DNA from: Cyanophora paradoxa CCMP329
Lineage: Eukaryota > Plantae > Glaucophyta
Assembly (NCBI GenBank): GCA_004431415.1
Contig: QPMI01000106.1
Span: 62,001-126,000, forward strand
DNA length: 64,000 bases
Direction of reading: 5' to 3'
Shown: positions 13,732-24,325 of the stretch, piece after piece
Layout: each line of letters begins with the position of its first letter
Numbering within the stretch: position 1 is the first letter of the stretch
Notes under the pieces: generated by a model
Database searches by the model: none
The model's input: the letters and a program-made list of their open reading frames with translations, nothing else
What the model was told of the DNA's origin: nothing
Made by a program: the position numbers and the translations under genes

Positions 13732-13985
13732 CGATCATCTTAAAGATCTAGATGTTATGCGGGCTTTATATATATCTTACGCACCGTCTTTACCACCTCC
13801 GACTTCGAGTCTGCCCCGGCGACCGCCGCACCTGAGAGATTATAATTACTGGTCAGTTGCCAAGTTGCAAGACTCGAGCTCAGAATTCGAATATTAATGC
13901 TTATGGCGTGGGTTTCTTATCCAGTTTACTTGTGAGCAGGCCGACGAGAGCGTCAGTCGCATCTGCCAAATCCTCATGATCAGGT

Positions 13986-16730
13986 TTAATTTTGAGGATA
14001 TCGAGAGCATGCATATGGGGTCAGAATTCGAAGATCGCCGCGCACTGCCTGTGTTTGCGATTGCCGTGGCGCTGCTCGAGGACGTCGACGCCGACGTGGA
14101 CGTCGACTGGGACTGAGAGGCCGACTGCGACGTCGACTGCGCCTCCGCCGTGACGGTCTGCGTGACCTGCGTCTGCGTCTGGCTCGCCGACGTGCTAGAG
14201 CTAGTGCTGCCCGAGGTGGAGGCGCTGCCCGAAGCCGAGGTGCTGCCGGAGCTAGACGACGACGTGACTGACGATTGCACGTTGCCGATCGAAATGACAA
14301 TCTGGAGGGGGCAGGGGACGAGGATGCGGTCTCAGTGCCATATGCATGCGCCCGCGCCTTCTAGATCTTGCAATTGGCGAGCCGTTTTTGTAGCGCGCAT
14401 ACCTGCGGGGCGCTCGTCGATGCTGTTGTGAATCAGGAGGTCAGCAGATCGAATGAGGTCGACACATAGACGCGAGGCGAACTCTGATTGTTTGAAGGCG
14501 TAGACACCAGGGGCACCGGCGCCGGCGTCGGCGTCGGCGTTGGGTCGAGGGGCGTGGTGAAGCTGAGGTCTTGAATGGAAACCGAGGTACCCTGCCGCGC
14601 GGCCGGGCGCCTGGATCAGACGCTAGGTTGCACCCAAGCACAATGGGAACAAATTCAAGCACGGCAATGTTCGCAATGCTCGCATTGCAGCGGTAGGTGG
14701 AGGTCGGGAGTAGACCTGTGATTCCTAGAGTAATGAATCTCGAGCCCGCAGCCAAATCGGCCGCCGTTGCTGTCAACGTTTTACTCCAAACCGTGGCACC
14801 ACCGCTTATATTTACTGGTGCGCAAGTTCCGGAAGCTGACTGAATGTCGACGATCGCGCCGCTGGGTGTTGTTATAGCGTTCGGAAAACTGACACTGAGC
14901 ATTGCTGAGCGCGAAGTGATGTCCTTGATTGTGGCGCCGGTCGGGCTGCTCGGGGGACACGGAGACATGCTGACGCCAACGCTTCCAGCCGGAATCGAGC
15001 CGTGTCTGTCATATCCGGAGTAATCTTTAACAACCTGAGCGGCCGCAGAGTAAGGTTCAGGGCTCAGCAAGACTTTTTATTATAATGAAATATATACAAG
15101 TCTAATACTAATTATATGATGTCAGCGCCCCTTTTCGCACCTTGGACAAGCAACCGTCGAACTTGAAGAAGAATATAGGCTTGAATGTGGCAAACGAGCT
15201 GCCTGCAATATCGTTCGAAGCCAAAGTCCAGACTTCGGGATCATTGACCCCCCGAGCCCACAGTCTGAAGTTCGCTAGATGAAATCCACCCCTCACGAGG
15301 CCGTTTCCCGCGATTTTACACTGAGCAGACCAGACAGTCGTAACCTGCGCATACATATTCATTGATGCAGTGCGCGAATGAGGAGCCTTTGTCGTGTATG
15401 CATGGGCACCAGGACGGCGGCGGTTGAATCGAACCGGTTGGCGTAATTCGCCCCTGCGAAAAAAGCACCCGTGGTCAATAAAAGAAACACAAAGATGTAC
15501 AAGGCCGTAAGCGTTTTAGGCGCATCGCGATCGCCTTTTATGCGCACCATAGCCATTCATGTAGCCTCGAATGCCGGTTCTGAAGTAAGTCCTCGGGCCG
15601 ACATTCGTGACTGTGACGGTCAGGTCCGGGGTTCCGGGATAGCTCCCCGTATTGAAAACCACCACGATGTGATTCCTGCGCCAACGACGTTATCATGAAT
15701 CTCGTGTGCATGTTCAAATTCTGCCTTCAATTCAAGTGCGTGCGCATATGCATACGCACCACTGATACCACTGAAGAAAAGAAGACGCCGACCGATTATA
15801 TATATGATCAGCCGAAGTCGTGGAAAGAGAAATGCAATAGATGATCTCACTGGGATTCCACTAGAGCCAGGGAACAGAAGCACTTGTTGTATGAGGTTGC
15901 CGTTCCAGTAGTACCTACGTGTTTGGGGCTTTCAATCAGTGCACATGTTTCTGGCGCAGCATCGAGTTGAAAGATGATTACATCCACAACAAAGCAGTCT
16001 TCCCGTTCACATTCGTTTCGCCCTGCAAACAAAAGGAAATGAGTCAGCGGAACGCAAAAGGAAAAAAGAAGAAACAAAACAAACTCGCGTTTCTGCAGAG
16101 CGCTTCGGACATCGGGCAAAACACCAAGTTCCACTGGTAGGAGCCTCCGCCTGTACTTGCAGAAGAGTCATAGCACGAATAGATGATCTCGTGCATCGCT
16201 TGCTCATTGTCCTGTGCTTGCGTGAGTTATGAATCCGGGATCCCTGTCACAGTGTGCTCGATTATGAGCGCGCGGGTTCTTTGTATAGGCACCAGTTTGA
16301 TCCTGCGCACGCTCCACACATCAGGCCTATCATGATCAAGAGCGTGTGGACAGGAGGAGATCTAGATCTAGAGCCTCGAGGGGGATCCGGAGGAATGCTA
16401 GCGCTAGCTATAGCGACCAAAAAACCCACCAGAAGTCGAGAGTTCTGGGCGACTCGTGGCTGTTCATCGATACAGTCCCTCCAATCGCTGCGACCGTGAT
16501 CAGTTGCACTCGGAGTCCGATCCATTGGTGAGCGTGGGGGCCATAATACTCGAGTACGCACTAACGGCGAGACTGCTTGGGGGACCGGGAGACAAATAGT
16601 TCAAGCTGAACGGTGTCGGGTTGGACGGGAATGCGAAAGCCGATGCCGCGCAGAGGAGAAGCAGCGGTATGAATGTGGCGAGACGCGGCTGCGAACCCCG
16701 CTGTCCCGGGAGTCCACGTGCGCGCATTCG
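13986..16730 (-). pseudogene. Probably decayed secreted/surface protein: signal peptide, Cys-rich exons, FN3-like domain and S/T-rich tail
   Basis: Signal-like ATFIPLLLLCAASAFA. FN3-like ..ITSRSAMLSVSFP..ITGLLPTSTYRCNASI. Mucin-like SSSGSTSASGSAST..TQTQVTQTVT. Several in-frame stops between the pieces. Confidence 0.45.
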
Positions 16731-17363
16731 CGATCTGTCGCGGATATTAAACTTCCGCCCGGCGGTCTCGGGAGATTTTGGTCCACCGTGGCACGTGCGC
16801 GCACTCGCAATCGGCCGCAATCGGTTCCGCCGCGGCCCGCGCGTGCACGTGCAGATCCAAAGACATCACGTGAGAGGGGTGATGCTGGAGCATGCGATGA
16901 TCTGCTGGATGATGATGCTGGTGCTGGGCCCCCGGGGCGGTTTCGGCTGAAGGTGCAGCTGCAGGCTGCTTGCGCTGCTGCCCGCGGCTCAGCGGCTGCT
17001 GCTTTCCCTTCTTGTGCCCGGCCGCGCGCGCGCGATCGATGGCAGGCGATGCGCGCACTCTCAAATTGGACTCCGGGAGTCTTGCTAATTAATGCCGAGT
17101 CACAGTCACTGAGTGCGACTCAGTGCCGACTCGGCGATTACTAAAGTTAGTACTATAGCTAGTACGTACTGCCACGGTACTGGTATACTCCGAGGCTCAC
17201 TGCCGAGCCCCGCGATCGGATCCGGAGCTCGAGGCTGTAAGCCTGTAACCGCTGTACTGCGGTATAGCTTACTAAGTTATTAACTCACTACCGTAGTACT
17301 ATTAGTCTACTAATAGTAAGTTACTAAGTTAGGAAAGGTTCCGGCCCGCGGCCCTGACTCTCA

Positions 17364-18084
17364 GGCTGTTTTCCGGTTGCAGGTCAAGTCTTACATATCA
17401 ATGGCGAAATGGAGGACTTGCCGGGCCGAGTTCGGTACTTTCCGCGAACCGGTGGTACTTTTCGCCAACCGACAGTCCGGTAGACTTAAGTCTTTGGCGC
17501 GGTTTTCCCAAAATCGCGCCAAAGCTTAAGCTTAAGACTTAAGTCTACCGGACTGTCGGTTGGGACTGTTGGTTCGTGTTATCGAGCTTCATAGCTAGCT
17601 AGAGGGGTACCGGTAGGCATACAGACTACAGCGCTAGCGCTATAGCTAGCACTAGCCATATGCATAGTGCACTGCCGCCTAGTCCCTAGGCCCTATAGCT
17701 ACGTATACTAGCTATAGCTAGTCCTAGTCCTAGGCCCTAGCTAGCTATGTAGCGCTAGCTGTATGCCGCATAATGCCGGCAGCTGGGCCGGCGCGGCCCC
17801 CGGCGGCGCCCTATGCTATGATAGCTCACTGAGTCAGCGGCTAGCGCTAGCGGCTAGCGCTAGCACCGCGGTACCCCCCCGGGCGCCAGGTTAGTCTTCA
17901 TGATCAGGCAAACACTAGTACTGCGGCTGCAGTGCGGCAAACGGGCCCCGGGCTGTTCCGGTTGAGCCTCCTAGGCAAGACTTCAACGGCGTCCTAGGAC
18001 CCGAACAAATAGCCACCACCGGCGAAGCGACAGCCCCGGTAAAGTCCAAGTCCGCCGCCTGTGTTCAGCATCCGGAAAACAGCC
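17364..18084. mobile_element. Non-autonomous TIR element, PIF/Harbinger (Tourist)-like
   Basis: TIRs GGCTGTTTTCCGGTTGC and GCATCCGGAAAACAGCC match at 16/17. Left flank is TCA; the right flank resolves to TCA once a CTC-GAG-CTC triplication is removed. Confidence 0.6.
17465..17563. repeat. Fold-back inverted repeat with ~42-bp arms and a CCC loop, nested in the element above
   Basis: CCAACCGACAGTCCGGTAGACTTAAGTCTTTGGCGCG.. pairs with ..CGCGCCAAAG[CTTAAGCTTAAG]ACTTAAGTCTACCGGACTGTCGGTTGG. Confidence 0.85.
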
Positions 18085-18494
18085 TCGAGCTCAGAGTCTG
18101 ATACTATGATAATGAGTCCGACGGTCTGATGACTCAGTGACTTTGATCATGGGACTCGATGATGAGAGTCGCGGGCAACTTGCAATTGCGGCCCACTGGG
18201 CCAACGCGTTAACTAGTAACTTCAAAAAAGTTGCGGGAACTTGCCAAGTCGCGCATGCGCATGCGGGCCGATGATGCGGCCCGCCGCCGCCGGGCCGGCC
18301 GCCGCCGGCCCGCCGGCGCCGGGCGCCTGGCCGCCGCCGGCGCCGGCCCGGCGGTGGCCATGGCCGGCCACCGGCGGCCAGGCGCGCCGCGGCCCGCGGG
18401 CCGTAGGCCCTTAGTACATCACTGTGCACGTGCACGTACCTACTAGGCTACGCGTCCACTCCCGGAGTCCGCGAGCTCGTCGTGCTGCTGTGAG

Positions 18495-19212
18495 TAGGGG
18501 GGTGGACCGAGTCGGGGGGTCGACCGTCGGACCCGATATCGATCGACCCGACCCGCTCGCCGGGCCGACCCGCCCGGGTCGACCCGGGTCGGCCCAAGGG
18601 GGGTACTTCTATCCCGTCCTCTACCAAACTTTTGAAAGGAATATCGATATCGCAAACGTCATGAACTGCATCGAAATCGTGCTACGTATACGTATATACA
18701 ATGAAGTAGAGACAGTTTATAAATGCAATATCTGCAATATCTGATGCATTTTGCACTCCGGAAACGACCTTCTGCTGTTCCTGGGGGGTACGTATATATC
18801 TACCATATATGCGCGCATCATGATCATGATCAAGCAGCCATGCCACGTCCGGATCCACTACGTATACATGTACGTATACGTATATATATACATGTGTGCA
18901 TTTGCATGCATCTGTGCCGCAGTGCAGTGCAACATAGACATGTAGAGCACATATAATACGTCTAATCTAGATCTAGACGAAGATTTCAGCATTTAGCAAC
19001 ACCTGAGAAAGGTGCAGATCTAGATCTAGAACGGTTCCCGGCCCAAGGGTGTACCCAGGACCCTGCGGCCCGGGTCGACCCGGTTCGGCCCCGGATCGGC
19101 CCGACCGATCTGACCCGGGTCGGCCGCGGGGGGTCGGCCCGACCGACCCGCTTGCCTGGCCGACCTGACCGCCAGTGACCGGGTCGACCCGGGTCGGCCC
19201 GGCCCGGTCCAC
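18495..19212. mobile_element. hAT-like non-autonomous element with CCGACC/GGTCGG subterminal arrays
   Basis: Left end TAGGGGGGTGGACCG; right end CGGTCCAC is degenerate. Dense GACCCG/CGGGTC repeats at 18510-18597 and 19070-19205. Confidence 0.45.
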
Positions 19213-19299
19213 GAATTGGACCATGATATCGATGCTAGAGCCTGTGAGCCAAGAATCGACTCGGCGAGAATGTACATATCATATGCATGTACAGTGATG

Positions 19300-19550
19300 T
19301 ACTATTGTAGAACTAGTTAATTTAGTACAGGAAAATAATTAGTACTTTGCCAAAACTGCTAATTTAGCAGCTGCCAGGCTGGTAAAAGTTTAGTCGATCA
19401 GTCTTCGCGGCCGCGGGGCTTTTGTATGGCAGAGGCGGGGCTACCCCTAAGAATTCTCGGCTTTAGCAGGCGGGAAATATTAAGTAGATCGCCCAAAAAT
19501 GTTTAGTACTATAAATATGCAGCCCACTAAATATTTCTCGCTCTCCAGTA
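19300..19550. mobile_element. Diverged relative of the TA-flanked MITE family found at 21.5 and 46.4 kb
   Basis: Shares GCCAAAACT, TATGGC..GCTACCCC and a CAGTA end with the other two copies. Confidence 0.3.
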
Positions 19551-19855
19551 CGTATACTCAGTAAAACTGTACATCACAGTACATGTAGTATACTGCGAGT
19601 ATGCGACCTCGACTTAGTTTTGTGGCCGTTAAAATTGCGGCGCCGCGGCCGGCGCCGCGGCGGCAATTCAACCAAAGAAAAATGCATGAAGCTTCGAAAG
19701 GCTTAAGCTTTCGGCCCCTTGAGTACCAGTCGTGCGTTTGCAATATGGAACGTTGAACGTCGAACATGATTACCAATCAGATTTAACCGCGAATTGCGAA
19801 AAATTCAATCTTAACATCAATCAAGTGAAATGAAGTTTGTTTTTGATATGAATCA

Positions 19856-21400
19856 TACTTGCCTGTTGGGCGGGGGCAAAGACGACGCGCGGGGTTCCGT
19901 CGATCTCGAGCCGGTAGCGCGAGAGCGCAAAGAGGAGGAACGAGCGCGACGGGTAGCACGGGACGATCGATCCGCCCGCGCTCTCGTCGACGACGCTCGC
20001 GCCGATCGACGCGGGGTCCAGCTCTGCGCCGGTGGCGACGTCGTGAAAGGAGAGCACCGAGACGCTCGCCCCCGCCGAGCAGACGCGCGCCTCGCGCTCG
20101 GCGTCGAGCGGGATCCACTCGAGCGCGAGGGCGCGATCCTGCCTCGACGCGCACGATGAGAGCGTACCGCCATATTCCCATCGGTTCGCGACGGGGCACC
20201 CGCGCCCGTTGGCCTTGTACGCGGTCTCGGTCAATTCCGGGAGGGCACCGCACCCGGGCGTGACGCGCGCGTAGATCGTCGACGGGACCGACGCGCCCCA
20301 GTTAGCGGCGATTCGGTAGCCGGAGTAGGCGCAGTAACCGACGTTCTGGACGGGGGCGACGGCCGAGAACGGGTACGTGTACCCGTACCTGTTCACGGAG
20401 TAGACGCTCCAGGCGGGGTCCGCCGCGGAGATCGACGCCCGGTCGATCAGGCAGGAGTAGCCCTGCGAGACGGACCCCGGGTGGTCGCATACGTACACGC
20501 TCGCGCCGTTGGTGACGACCGTGCGCACCACGCTGGATTCGTAGGACTCGTCGACCTCGTCCATGACGCCCGGGCGGATCCGGGCGCGCTCGCAAAACGC
20601 GGCGCCGAGGCCCGCGTGGCGCCGGGGCTTGCGCGGGCCGTCGAGCTCGTAGAGGGCGAGATCGTACGGGTGCTCGGTGCGGCTCGGCTCTGCGACCAGG
20701 AGCCGCTCGCCGTCCATGTCCGCGAGGAGCGAGCCGTGATGACGCGGGATCGTGTGCGTCGTCTTCGGGCCCGTCGCGCACCGGTACCGGTCCACGACAA
20801 AGTTGCGCTCCAGCTCCCCGTCCTCGGGGGCCGGGCGGAAGAGCCCGTAGCGAAACTCGCGCAGGACGAGCACCCCGCCCTCGCAGGCGGCGAGGCGCGC
20901 GTAGTCGTCGCGCGGGATCGGGAGGGTGCGCCGGTCCCAGCGCCCGTCGGCCGCGCGGACGAGGGAGACGATCGACTTGCCGTACTTGGACGCAAACGCG
21001 ACGCTCCGCCCGTCGTCCGCGACGCTCACGGGGACGCCCGGCGATGTGAGCTCCGAGGCGACGAGCTCGCCCCCGCAAAAGACGGCCACCGACCCCGGGA
21101 AGAAGTCGCTGCCGCCGTCGTCCGTGGCGATCACGACGATCCGCGCCCCGGCGCCGCCGCGCGAGGCGTAGGCGGCCCCGACCTTGGAGCTGCACCGCGC
21201 CTTGGCGAGGGGCGCGGCGTCCGCGGTCGCGCCCGCGGAAAAGGCGGCGACGACGTGCGTCGTCCCGTCGTACTCGACGCTCCAGTCCTGGTCCTCGGGG
21301 CGCCGGGCCCGGATCCGGTACTCGTGGTCCCCGGCCTCGAGGAACGTTCGCCACGTTGCCACAAGTTGTTGCAAGTTGTTGGGGTAGAGCTCGAGAGCAA
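19856..21400 (-). CDS. Long uninterrupted exon/ORF of about 500 aa, unknown beta-rich (propeller-like?) protein
   Basis: ORF 19821-21473 has complex, protein-like composition and GC3-biased codons. A probable GC donor (CAG|GCAAGT) lies near 19863. Confidence 0.6.
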
Positions 21401-21473
21401 CCACTGTTCTAGAGACTCGAGAGTCGAGACTCGAGCTCGAGTCACTCGGTTTTTTGTTTATGTTTCGACCCAA

Positions 21474-21687
21474 CGTCTAATCTGCCGTGGAGTTAATTTG
21501 CCGAATTCGCCCAAAACTGGAATTGCCGTGGCGATAAATTGCCAAATCCGGATCTCTGCTCTATGGCGGCCTAGGAAAACCGCTACCCCCAAGCAATTGC
21601 CGTGGTGCTAAATTGCCGAATATTAATTCGGCCTCTCGGCAATTTACGGCAATTATTTACCACGGCTAAAAAACTACGCCTACAGTA
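21474..21687. mobile_element. MITE, sibling of 46390-46614, lacking its left terminus
   Basis: AATTGCCG subterminal repeats, shared core GCTCTATGGC..CTACCCCCA and CGGCAATTTACGGCAATT. Ends CCTACAG|TA. Confidence 0.65.
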
Positions 21688-22219
21688 TTTGGAATCCCCC
21701 AGCGCTTGCAAAATTGACGGCAAGCCGCAGGCCTACCGGTACCCCCGGGCCCCAGCCCCGGCCCCCAGGGCCCAGCCTGCCGCCCAGGGGCCAGGGCGGC
21801 AGCCTGGCAGGGCCCCAGCCGCGCGCGGGCCCATGGCCAGCGCTGCTAGCGCTGGCAGTCTCAGAGTCTGTGTACTACGGTACGTGGCAGGCTCTGGCAG
21901 CGCATGCGCTGACTCAGTGTCACTGTGTCAGAGCCTGAGTCAGTGTCACTGAGTCACTCAGTGATGATGCGCATGCGCGGTACGCCGTGACGGTAACCCT
22001 ACTCTACTACGGTTAGGGTTGCCGAAATTCGGAAATTCGGAACTTCGGAAGTCTACGGTAGCCTGTCGGTAGGATGGCTTTTTAACCCTCGCCGCGGCCG
22101 GCTACCGACGCCTACCGTACTACGGTATTATCGTCGGTATACCGTGGTATACGCGTAGTCGTCGCGTACGTAGGCCCGGCGTAGCCGCGTAGGGCACTAA
22201 ATCATGAATTACTGCGGCG

Positions 22220-22460
22220 GAAATTAACGCGGTGTCAAACCTGGTTGAGCAAAAATTAACGCGGTGTAAAAGTTCGAGGCTTGCATGCACATGTATGGGG
22301 CGGTGATGGTGGGGGGTACTGTATGCAGCAACCTGCAGCTGGCAGTACTAGTAAAGACCGTCGGACTCTAGATCTGCTGAGAATTAACGCGGTACCAAAT
22401 TAACGCGTTGAGATTGGATTTCGGCGGGTTGATTTGGTACCGCGTTAACGTTAGTTAATT
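22220..22460. repeat. Cluster of AATTAACGCG(G)T motifs (4 direct, 1 inverted), probably a TE remnant
   Basis: Copies near 22222, 22254, 22382 and 22398, with inverted ACCGCGTTAA near 22439. Confidence 0.5.
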
Positions 22461-22478
22461 TAAGTGCCCGCGGCGCTG

Positions 22479-23574
22479 GGCCGGCTCGATCGGCAACCCC
22501 GCCGGTGGCCGAGCAGCTGATCCGCGCCGTACCCCCCCCCCCCCTCGGTCAGTTCCCCTCGATCAACGCGTCGATGCGGGAGCCCGAGAAGTTCGACCGG
22601 GTGGTCGATATCTCCTACCTCGTCGTCCTCTTGGCGTACCCCTCCCCCGATCCCACCCTCCACCCTCTTTTCCAATCTGACCTAGGCCTGGCGCCCTCCG
22701 GATCCGTCGCAGGTACGGTGCTGTGGCGGGGGCGGGGTATATCCTGTTCGGGCCCATGGCCAACGTCTCCCCCAGATCACGGTACCCCAGGAGCCTTCAT
22801 GCACGCCTTCGTAATCGGCCGCGGCTCTAACAATGTACCCCAGCTGGACCTGACGGGCATATACGGTACCCTGGGCACATGCCTCATCCTCATCGCCCCC
22901 CTCACCAAGTTCTCCCTCAACTGCAACCCCGTCGCCGTGCGCCCCGTACCCCCGCCCCGCACCCGTACCCCCCTCCCCCGACGCGGGCGCTGTACGTATA
23001 CCCCCCAGTTCGGCATCGAGGAGTGGTTCGGGATCGGGGAATGCGAAGGGGACCGGGACGGGAGCGTCCCGGCCTCCAAGCGCGCGGCGCGCCTCGCCGT
23101 CCGCACGTCGCTTGTCGTCGCTGCGCTCTTCGTCGCCATCGCGGTACCCACCTCCCTCTCGCCTCGGCCGCACCGTACCCCCCGCCGACCGCGCCCGGGC
23201 CGGGCGCAGTGCCCCTCGTTCGGACTCGTCGTCGCTGTGGTCGGCTCCTTCGCATCGATGGCAGTCGCCGCGTGCGCCGTGTCCCGCCCGCGCGCCCCTT
23301 GCCGCCCCTCGCGCCGTCTCACCGGTACCCCTCCAGCATCTCCCCCCCCATGCTGTACCTCGGCATCTTCCGCGGCCGCCTCCCCGCGTGGGAGCTCGAG
23401 GTCGCGCTCATGATCAGGTGCCTTCTCCCCCCCCTCGGCGCGCCCCCGGCGCCCCGCGCGGTGACGCCTACCCCCGCAGCGTCTTCGAATTCGCGCGCGG
23501 CGCTCGTGGGCGTTGCGTGCGCCGCGATGGGTACCCTGCAGCTGGCGTCGCTCGCGAATTCGAACCTGAGCTGA
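22479..23574 (+). pseudogene. 5'-truncated third copy of the amino-acid transporter, introns retained
   Basis: Aligns with 6243-7267 and 9329-10356, and flank homology to copy 1 extends to about 24020. Lacks the 5' half and carries many 6-bp palindromic insertions. Confidence 0.9.
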
Positions 23575-24325
23575 TCGTCGACCGTCCACCCGATCGCGAC
23601 CTGTCCGGGATCCGTCGGCCTGTACATGTGTTATAATTATTCTCTTAAGCTTTCGCAGTCGTTATTTGGCGTGAGCCGCGTTCATGCACCTGTATATTCA
23701 ACCGTGCTTATTTGTTTGTGTGGCCTATATAGCTAGCTGACGTCGACCCGTCACTGCGCTTTCTGGGCTGAGAGAGAGCCCTCGAGCTCCCGGGAGTCCT
23801 GCGCTGAGCGAACTTCGGTAGGCCCATATGCATGGCCATGCAAATGGCATTAAATTCTGCGCTAGCGCTAGCGCTGCATTCGCAGCTAGCGGCCAATTCA
23901 GGTTCATCAAATTCTAGATCTGCGCGCGCGGTTCCGGACAGCGGCCAATTGCAATTCACAGTGTCGACGTCAACCGCGCCGGTTGCGTGCATATACATGC
24001 GTGTCAATTCACGTGCGCATGCGTGCTCTTTCTACCGGCGGTGGCGCGGCCAGTTTGCAAGCCGCTGAGCCTTTAATTTGAAGCTTGTGCGGCTTCTTGT
24101 ACGTATACCCCTGCCGAGGCCAGCTTGCGCCAGCTCCGATCCGAGCTCGATGCTACGCACGCCGAGCCACATGCTGATTGCACTGCGGTAGTGTTGGACC
24201 CTGGCAGCTGTAGTGCACCCTGGCTGCGGAGCTTTTTGGCGCGGCCTGCAGGCTGGTGCATCGGTACATTCGATCTTCCTGCAGCCGGCTGCTGTGCAGC
24301 TGTCAGATCCATATCCCGCGGGGCG

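Noticed and set aside
17090-17900. Synthetic polylinker or vector contamination suggested by dense restriction sites
   Set aside because: The sites are dispersed over all intergenic DNA and appear as X-X'-X insertions inside native paralogous sequence.
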